DNA from: a bacterium
GTDB lineage: Bacteria > SAR324 > NAC60-12
DNA length: 17,920 bases
Direction of reading: 5' to 3'
Assembly: GCA_965233585.1 (NCBI GenBank)
Contig: CBDDTI010000126.1
Coordinates: forward strand, 1-17,920
Part shown: one piece after another, positions 10,623 through 17,920 of the stretch
Layout: each line of letters starts with the position of its first letter
Numbering within the stretch: the stretch's first letter is position 1
The notes under the pieces: model-generated
Seen by the model: the letters and a program-made list of their open reading frames with translations, nothing else
The model's database searches: none
What the model was told of the DNA's origin: nothing
Position numbers and translations under genes: made by a program

Positions 10623-11286
10623 GTTATTTTATGTTTTAACCCTTATCACCTCAACATTAGGTTGATCATTTTCGTTTAACTCGCCTTAACTCGCCTTAAC
10701 TCGCAACTGATAGGCCAGCTCAATTTTTCCTTATCTTGCCTTAACTCGCCTAAACTCGCATTAGCTCGCACAATCTTGCGGCGAGTTAAGGTCCCAGAGT
10801 ACGCCTTAGCAAACCACCAGCAATAGAACATTTTAATTTAGCTGTTTACGTACGCACAATTACGATAACGTCTATTAATTACAAATAGCTTTTGTTGTAC
10901 AAGTTGTGTAATCTAAACAGATTACGTTCACGAACGTACAGTGCACCTAGTCCAACAACTGTACTGATTGGGACCACGAGACACATGTTAATCTGAATTA
11001 TCGATACCATGTCACCTTCGCCGCCGAGTTTTAGTTGACTCTACCAACTGGCGAAAAACTAATATTGAGGCTTTAATCCCACGAAGGACACCGTTATTTC
11101 TATACAATTGTAAAGGCCCCGAATTCGAACCAATCACAGCGCGTAGTTTGGCTAGGTTCGAAAATACTTTAGCGTCGCTCACTCCAGAAACGAGAGAGTT
11201 GAGCTAAGACCAGAGTGGTGTACTGACGTCTGATACAGAGAGAATGAACCTTTTTACCAGAACGCCTCGACACAACAAAATGATAA

Positions 11287-11674
<388 letters not shown>

Positions 11675-11953
11675 ATTGTCGATCTTCTATGACCGTCATG
11701 TGATTTTTTTGCACTCTCCTTAGTGGAGCTCGTGGAGTGTTTGGCTTACGGAGGTATTTTTTGTTCTTTCAAACGATGAACAATACAGATGGTCTCCATA
11801 CCCCACTGAGTGATTTAACATCATCTCTTATGAGCTTTATTTTGGAAGGAATGCTGTTTTCAAAACTTCAAATGCACAATAATGTGGAATAGTAGGACTT
11901 CGCTAAATATATGACGTGAGGAATTCTCTAAAGAAGCTTTATAAAGGAGGAGA

Positions 11954-12235
11954 CATAGTTAACATAGGGGACTGGTAGTGAAGCCCGGCAAACATCAAAG
12001 GAGCAAACAAAGATGCCAAGATTTATGTTGGAAGGCCCACGACCCCATCTTTTGTTTTGCCCTCATACACTATGCATGAGTTACGTAAACAACACGTTTC
12101 TATTGGTTAGTTCCTCAGTTCGCAGTGAACAACTATTGTGTTTTGTGCATGGTCAAGGGCAAAAAACAGAACAAAAACATGGAACAAAGAACTTTGACGA
12201 GTTTCATAACCATTCCCGCCCCTCTATTAACTATG
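11954..12235. mobile_element. P-element-like MITE
   Basis: CATAGTTAACATAGGGG ... CCCCTCTATTAACTATG. Flanks GAGGAGA / GTGGAGA match at 6/7. CAT termini with a 7-8 bp TSD fit the P superfamily. Confidence 0.75.
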
Positions 12236-12445
12236 GTGGAGATTATGATCGACTTTTTTTCTTCATTTTCTTCTTTTATCTTTTAAAGATAAATATGGCA
12301 TGATCGAAGATAACAATGTCAGAAGGATCTTGGTGTTTGCCGCAGGAGTTGAGATGATAGGCCACGTATTCTAATATAACTCCTTGACTTCAGGACAAAC
12401 TTCTATATTTTGTGTTGTTTTCTTTGTATCCCAACCTCGTTCCCA

Positions 12446-13676
12446 TACCCTGGGTGCCAGAGGTTTTTCTTGCGCGGTTTCCGGTGTCGGTCATGTCTCT
12501 ATTGTGAACCGCGCGAAAAACCTCTGGAGCAGAGCGCGATTTCTTTGAGAGCGCCGAGCCAATGACAAGCCAGTTTAAATCAACCAAGTTCAAAATCTGG
12601 ACGTGAAAGCTGATTGGTTCCTAATGACCTCCCAAGGGTCTTCTAATCTAAAAGGCACGGTGATTGGTTTCTAAGATTAGAGGACGCCTGTGAAATGTTT
12701 GATTCTTGGTGTGGATATGGCGAACTTTGAGCTCGCTGTTAGTTCGCGCGCTGAAAGTTTTGTAAGTGACCAAGACCTGGAAAAAGCCATAGCAAAAGTT
12801 CTCAAAACCTTCGACGGTGTTGAAAACTTAAGTGCGGAGCAAAGGGATGGAATTGCAAATTTTATACGCTGTCACCATGTGTTGGCGGTTTTATCGACGG
12901 GATACGGGAAATCATTGCTATTTCAATTAATTCCTGGACTCTTGTGTTGAACAACATAATTTGGGCAACAGCTATTACCCAAAAAGTCCAATTGTGATTG
13001 TTATTTGCACACTAAATGCCCTGATCGAATGCCACATGAAGCAATTGGAGCATCGAGCTATTTTGTGCACTTGTTTATCTGGCGACGATGCCGACCAAGA
13101 TGGTGCTTTCGCTGGTTGATACTCTTTTATATTCGGCTACATTTGCAAACCCCGAGGCGCTTATTCTGAATGAAAAGTGGAGGAAAATACTCCAGACGCC
13201 GGTTTACCCAAAAACTCTTCGAGATTGTTGCTGATAAAGCTCATGTGATTCCGAAATGGTAGGTCGATATTTTTCATTTACCAGTTGTCAGCTGGAAAGA
13301 ATAATTAGCCAAAATGTTATCCACGTAAACACGGAGCAAAAAACTAGGCCATGCAATACGTTAAAATCCATGTCATTGGTTCGTCAAAACGTGGAGGATA
13401 TTGCATATTGTTATGGTTGAGATTTGTTTTAGGTTTGATAATTGTTTTCAAGCACTGATTTTATTTTCCTTTGTTTTCGATCTGCCATTTCACTCACGTG
13501 CTTGTGCATGTGATCACCGTATGAAACCGCCGGCTTGATTGACAGATTAGAGACGAGGTCAAAGTCCATTTAGCACAGTAAATCAAAGCGCTCTGCGCCA
13601 GAGGTTTTTTCTCGCGGCTTCGCCGCTCGTGTCCTTGTCAGAACAATGCGAGAAAAAACCTTTGGTACCCAGGGTA
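12446..13676 (+). mobile_element. AcademH-like internally deleted DNA transposon
   Basis: TIRs TACCCTGGGTGCCAGAGGTTTTT / AAAAACCTTTGGTACCCAGGGTA. Perfect 9-bp TSD TCGTTCCCA (12437-12445, 13677-13685). Contains a RecQ-like helicase remnant. Confidence 0.88.
12717..13258 (+). pseudogene. Decayed first exon of a RecQ-like SF2 DNA helicase (transposon-borne)
   Basis: Across about 3 frameshifts and a stop: LSAEQ (motif 0), VLAVLSTGYGKSLLFQL (Walker A), IVIVICTLNALI (Ia), FANPEAL (Ib), IVADKAHVIPKW (degenerate DEAH). Ends at a TG|GTAGGT donor. Confidence 0.88.
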
Positions 13677-14133
13677 TCGTTCCCAGGGCTTTTCCAGGAA
13701 TGGAATTTGGAATTTTATGCTTTGAGTTTTTTTACATTACCTGAATGGGAGGCACAGCAACATTAAATCCACAGTTAAGTTTGAACAAAACGATGAAATT
13801 CCATTCCTTGATATCCTTTTGAAACGCAGTCTTGACAGCTCCTTCTCAACATCAATCTACCGAAAGAAGACATTCACCGGTCTTTGCACCAAGTGGGACT
13901 CTTTCTCGCGTAAATACAAAATAAACCTAGTCTGCACTTTGGCTTATCGCTGCGTTAGGATTTGCTCGTCACCCCGATTGTTACAGTCTTCCCTAGATGA
14001 CCTCCAGAGGATTTTGTTACTTAATGGCTACCCTATTCACCCTTGTCACACGGCGGCCATATTGGATATGACGTATGTACTTTAGGCATGAAGTCGAGGC
14101 GATGCGTGTCTAATCTGAGGTTTGCAGCTAATC

Positions 14134-14566
14134 ATGCCAAACAAAGATCATTTCAGTGTGCCCTGATGTGCCCTTGTGCTCAAATAACAGATCAAAAGGT
14201 ACATTAGGAATTACCTTCCATCACTTTTCAGTCGACAAATATGCAAAGGAAAGCTGGATTGTAAGAATTCGTGGAGATGTTGGCAAAAACTTCCAGGTTA
14301 GTGACTGTGGTTTGCGACTTCAAGCTAAGCAAGCTTTATCTGTAATCAATTTGTTCAGGTTTACAAAGTAATTTGATCGACTAGAATTATGTGTAGAGCC
14401 GAGCTGCTATTTTACTTCGTTCCTATGTACTTTTATTGCCCGTAATAAAACGTTACAATTGTTCTTTAGATTTCGAGAAGCACAAAGGTTTGCTCGGAAT
14501 ATTTTAAACCATCGGCAGACTTTCGAATGACCTTCTCTGGGAAACTTGAGGAAAGGTTCAGTTCCT
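14134..14566 (+). pseudogene. THAP zinc-finger gene fragment, left-arm copy (intron 14297-14469)
   Basis: MPNKDHFSVP/VPLCSNNRSKGTLGITFHHFSVDKYAKESWIVRIRGDVGKNFQ|GT..AG|ISRSTKVCSEYFKPSADF. THAP pattern C..C, FH.F, W, VCS.HF is present but the zinc ligands are mutated. Confidence 0.8.
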
Positions 14567-14600
14567 TCTGCATTTGTTGATTGTTTGGAGAAGGCATTGT

Positions 14601-15071
14601 CCCAGGCCTTGTCCAGCGAAACACAGGAGGAACTGAACCTTTCCTCAAATTATACACGTATCCCAGAGAAGGTCGTTCAAAAGTCTGCCGATGGTTTAAA
14701 ATACTGATTCCGAGCAAACCTTTGCATTTTTGCTTCTTGAAATCTAAAGAACAATTGTAACGTTTTATTGCGGCAATAAAAGTACATAAGGAACGTAGTA
14801 AAACAGCAGCTCGGCTCTACACATAATTCTAGTCGATCAAATTACTTTGAACAAATTGATTACAGATAAAGCTTGCTTAGCTTGAAGTCGCAAACCACAG
14901 TCACTAACCTGGAAGTTTTTGCCAACATCTCCACGAATTCTTACAATCCAGCTTTCCTTTGCATATTTGTCGACTGAAAAGCGATGGAAGGTAATTCCTA
15001 ATGTACCTTTTGATCTGCTATTTGAGCACAAGGACACATCGGGGCACACTGAAATGATCTTTGTTTGGCAT
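14601..15071 (-). pseudogene. THAP zinc-finger gene fragment, right-arm copy
   Basis: Mirror copy: SLCSNSRSKGTLGITFHRFSVDKYAKESWIVRIRGDVGKNFQ, same intron, ending LRKGSVPPVFRWT (THAP AVPTIF-box equivalent). Confidence 0.8.
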
Positions 15072-15190
15072 GATTAGCTGCAAACCTCAGATTAGACACG
15101 CATCGCCTCGACTTCATGCCTAAAGTACATACGTCATATCCAATATGGCTGCCGTGTGACAAGGGTGAATGGGAACTGTTAAAATCATAT

Positions 15191-15586
15191 AGCCCATTGC
15201 AGAAACGTGAGGGCACTGGGGCGATGTTCTTATATTGATTAGATTGAAAATCTAAACATTAAAACTGAAATGTTAATGAATGAAAAGCTACCCGAACAAG
15301 TTTAAGAGTTTTCTGTGGAAAATTGTCCAAATGGAAACCTTGCAAAAGTTGCAAAATTCCATACAAACCCTTATATTTTTTGGCCTGTCTACCCAATCCA
15401 TACAAACTCTCTATTTTGGGTGATATTTGTAGAGCTACCATTTTGCCATTTTCCTCCTCCAAATACTTCTATTCGTGGTAAAGACTCTAAAATATAGTTG
15501 ATCTTTCATTTGAATATCTCAGTTTTTCAAACAAACGGAAAACAACCATACTCTTTCCCAGTCCTCTCACGTTTCTGTAATGGCCT
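15191..15586. mobile_element. MITE with AT TSD (ISL2EU-like)
   Basis: AT|AGCCCATTGCAGAAACGTGAGGGCACTGGG ... CCCAGTCCTCTCACGTTTCTGTAATGGCCT|AT. Excision restores CAT ATG AAC GAC of the Penelope-like ORF. Confidence 0.9.
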
Positions 15587-16404
15587 ATGAACGACGTCAT
15601 TGAGAAACACCAAAATAAGCCAAAAGATCCTGAACAAACAGTTAAGAAAAAAGAAGTTCTTATCGTTCTGTCTTTTTTAGGTTATCATAACAAACACCTC
15701 ACAAAACAGCTGAGGTCTTGTATAAACAAATTCTATGGTATTTTCAACGTCACAATGGTTTTTCAGAACACCCAAAGAATCAAGTCCTTTTTCCCCTTAC
15801 AAAGATAAACTAGCTCCTTCCTTCAGGTCAAAAGTAGTGTACAGAGGAAACTGCTGGGATTGCAATGATTTCTACATAGGGAAAACGAGTTTAACGAAAC
15901 GCCGATTACGTGACAGAAAAACAGAACACTTTAAAGTCCTAACTACAAATTGTCATAGAATTTTCATTTTGAAATATTAGCAACTGGTCGATCAGACATA
16001 TGCATTGTAAAATTAAAGAGTCTCTGTTGATCCGTGATCTAAAGCCGGCCTTAAATGAAAACGTTGGCAGTGAGAAACTTTATCTCTATTATTATTCCTG
16101 TCGTTTTATGTCAATCAATTTCGTTAGTTCCCAGTCCGTATAGTTGTATTTTTGAATTTAAATTTATCTATAAATGAAGCACTTAAAAGGGTGCTCACTT
16201 TTCAGATAAGTCAAACAACGAGCGGAGGCTTATAGCTGATCATGAAGTGTTATTAAGAGTTAGTTAGTCCGGCAAGAAATCCAATACCTCCAGCGAAATG
16301 GGAAGGTTCAGGAATCCGGCCCCTGGTTCTCGCTTGTAGCGTCCCGTTGAACTCGGAGGGACTGGGCTAAGTCAGGTATGGCAAGCCGATTGTAGCAATA
16401 TTCA

Positions 16405-16622
16405 ATAATTTGATATATATTCAATTCAGTATTTATATTTATGTAATATTTTTTATTCATTCAATTTAATATTTATATTTATCTATATTTATCTATATTT
16501 AATTCAATCGCTTAATATCCATTCAATTTAATCCGTATATATTCATTCAATTCAATCCGTATATATTCATTCAATTTAATCCGTAAAAATATCCATTCAA
16601 TCCGTAAAAATATCCATTTAAT
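16405..16622. repeat. AT-rich subterminal tandem repeats (ATATTCATTCAATTTAATCCGT-like, ~19-26 bp)
   Basis: Several TATATTCATTCAATT(T/C)AATCCGT and AAAAATATCCATT(C/T)AATC units at 16515-16622, plus TATATTTATC repeats upstream. Confidence 0.85.
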
Positions 16623-16690
16623 CTTGGGGACTGGGTCAAGCCATCGGATCTGAAAGCTAAGGGCCTGGGAATGAATCATTGCAATACAAT

Positions 16691-17090
16691 ATGGCGGACG
16701 AGGTTGGAAGAGACCTGCCGTCGTTTTTAACATCAGTTTTAGACAAAACGGAATATATTTGACGGAATGATGTGGGCGAAGGAACTGCCAAGGCGCATGC
16801 TGAAGCTATCGATCAGAGTATCAGGATGCTTAGATCGAATAGAGATTCATTGTCGTGATATTCCGTGATATTAGAACAAGTGAGGTGAGGAGCTGGATCA
16901 ACTTGCAGTCGCTTTTGCGGACGTGTTATCATCTTTTTAAATCATCACATCGCAATTAAACCTATCAGCCCAGAAACTGCTGCTAAACATTGTTTTGCCT
17001 CAGGAAATGAGGAAAAGGAAACTCCTGGAAGACCACGTTTTGACATAATTTCCAGGCGAAATATTGGAAGAATTGCGTGAATTGGGATTC
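16691..17090 (+). pseudogene. Decayed N-terminus of an IS3EU-type (integrase-core) transposase
   Basis: MADEVGRDLPSFLTSVLDKTEYI*RND...ELDQLAVAFADVLS...ETPGRPRFDI/GEILEELRELGF. The GRP..I...L..L..LGF lead-in to an HTH was recognised by eye. Truncated at ~17090. Confidence 0.6.
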
Positions 17091-17094
17091 CGGT

Positions 17095-17290
17095 CCGGTC
17101 AGTAGAAAGTGCAGACTGCAGACCGGGTACAAAATGTAGACCAGGTGCGAAATGCATACTACCGCGGACTGCCGACTAGATACAAAACGCAGACTGAGAA
17201 TAAAGACTTTTTTCATCAAATACGTGCCATTTTATGACTTACCCAGTGTCACGCAATCGCTTTTCCGCGGTCATCTTGCACCGCTGTTTT
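17095..17290 (+). mobile_element. Left end of a repeat with GCAGACT subrepeats
   Basis: CCGGTCAGTAGAAAGTGCAGACTGCAGACCGGGTACAAAATGTAGACC...AAAACGCAGACTG. It abruptly replaces the IS3EU-like ORF. No right TIR seen and the right boundary is approximate. Confidence 0.55.
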
Positions 17291-17667
17291 CGTGTAAGGC
17301 AGGGGAATAACTCGAAAACCGCAAGGGTCATTTATCCCCCGGGCTCGACTTTAAATTATTGTTAAGTTATTGTAGTTTTTTAGAGCAAATGAAGCGTTGT
17401 TGTTGTTGTCTTAAAAGTGATAACATGCTGTAACATGTCATTTCAGAAATTACTAAGTGTTTTCTGCGGTCAGATTATTCTTGGCCATATTCTTTCTTTA
17501 ACGGAATTTTAAAAGGCTTTCATTGTCTTCACCTTTTTTCAGCTTTCTTCCGTGTTCTTCCTAATTTCTTGACCCCACGAAGAGTCAGTGACAGTCTGTA
17601 AGTTTGCACTTGGCTACAAACAATGATAATGATTGATCATTGACATCATTGTTTCTGGCTTCTTATT

Positions 17668-17795
17668 TACTCTGGGTGCCAGAGTGTTTTCTTGCTTGGT
17701 TTCCGGTGTCGGTCATGTCTCTGTTGTGACCCGCTGAAGCGAAGCAAAATACTCCGTCCGCCGAGCGCGAAAGAAAGCCTCTGGTACCCAGGGTA
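17668..17795 (+). mobile_element. 128-bp MITE of the same family as 12446-13676
   Basis: TACTCTGGGTGCCAGAG...GGTTTCCGGTGTCGGTCATGTCTCTGTTGTGA matches 12446-12510 and ends CCTCTGGTACCCAGGGTA. Flanks CTTCTTATT / CGTGTTATT match at 7/9. Confidence 0.9.
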
Positions 17796-17920
17796 CGTGT
17801 TATTTGGGTTTACTATTGTCCTCGCGCGCGATGTGAGAAGACTATGACAGCTTCAGATTCTATTCAAGAACTAACATGATCTTGATGCTCTGAGAAAAGA
17901 AGAAAAGAGTCTGTAAAGAA

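Larger units (their letters stand above)
14037..15168. mobile_element. 1.13-kb fold-back element with ~530-bp inverted arms and AT TSD (ISL2EU-like)
   Basis: AT|TCACCCTTGTCACACGGCGGCCATATTGG ... CCAATATGGCTGCCGTGTGACAAGGGTGA|AT. Arms 14037-~14566 and ~14628-15168 with a ~60-bp spacer. Excision restores the Penelope-like frame TAC CCT ATG GGA. Confidence 0.93.
13727..16089 (+). mobile_element. Penelope-like retroelement remnant (RT C-terminus, linker, GIY-YIG endonuclease), 5'-truncated and interrupted twice
   Basis: FLHYLNGRHSNIK...IPFLDILL...SIYRKKTFTG...YRCVRICSS...NGYP (13727-14034); MGTVK (15169-15183); MNDVIEKH...KVVYRGNCWDCNDFYIGKT..RRLRDRKTEH...KESLLIRDLKPALNENVGSEKLYLY (15587-16089). 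Frameshifts are present. Confidence 0.92.
16377..17090 (+). mobile_element. 5' portion of an IS3EU-like DNA transposon
   Basis: Begins TATGG (IS3EU-type TAYGG terminus), followed by AT-rich tandem repeats and a decayed ORF ending in PGRPRFDI..GEILEELRELGF. Right end not in the window. Confidence 0.6.

Noticed and set aside
12690..12950. Functional host RecQ gene
   Set aside because: Stops and frameshifts, DEAH changed to DKAH, only one exon, and enclosed by TIRs and a TSD.
16090..16376. Hammerhead ribozyme expected in a Penelope-like pseudo-LTR
   Set aside because: No convincing CTGA-GA...GAAA core with flanking stems was seen. The element appears truncated near 16180.
16512..16733. 73-aa ORF with IKLNEY repeats
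   Set aside because: It is a translation of the AT-rich tandem repeat.

Overview
Eukaryotic, AT-rich, repeat-saturated DNA with no intact host gene, RNA gene or CRISPR array. The repeat families resemble those of stony coral/cnidarian genomes (recognition from memory, not a search result). The window is a nested stack of non-autonomous DNA transposons/MITEs, many delimited by terminal inverted repeats (TIRs) and target-site duplications (TSDs), plus decayed transposon genes. Main items: (1) a 2.8-kb element (8014-10806) of unclear superfamily with 10-bp subterminal repeats and a nearly intact two-exon gene for a possible HIRAN-like protein; (2) a 1.23-kb AcademH-like element (12446-13676, perfect 9-bp TSD) carrying a decayed RecQ-like helicase exon, with a 128-bp relative at 17668-17795; (3) a Penelope-like retroelement remnant (RT C-terminus plus GIY-YIG, ~13727-16089) split by two AT-TSD insertions about 20 bp apart, one being a 1.13-kb fold-back of two inverted copies of an intron-containing THAP-domain gene; (4) the 5' part of an IS3EU-like element; (5) Kolobok-, piggyBac-, P- and ISL2EU-like MITEs. 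Superfamily calls rest on terminus/TSD rules and protein motifs read by eye.
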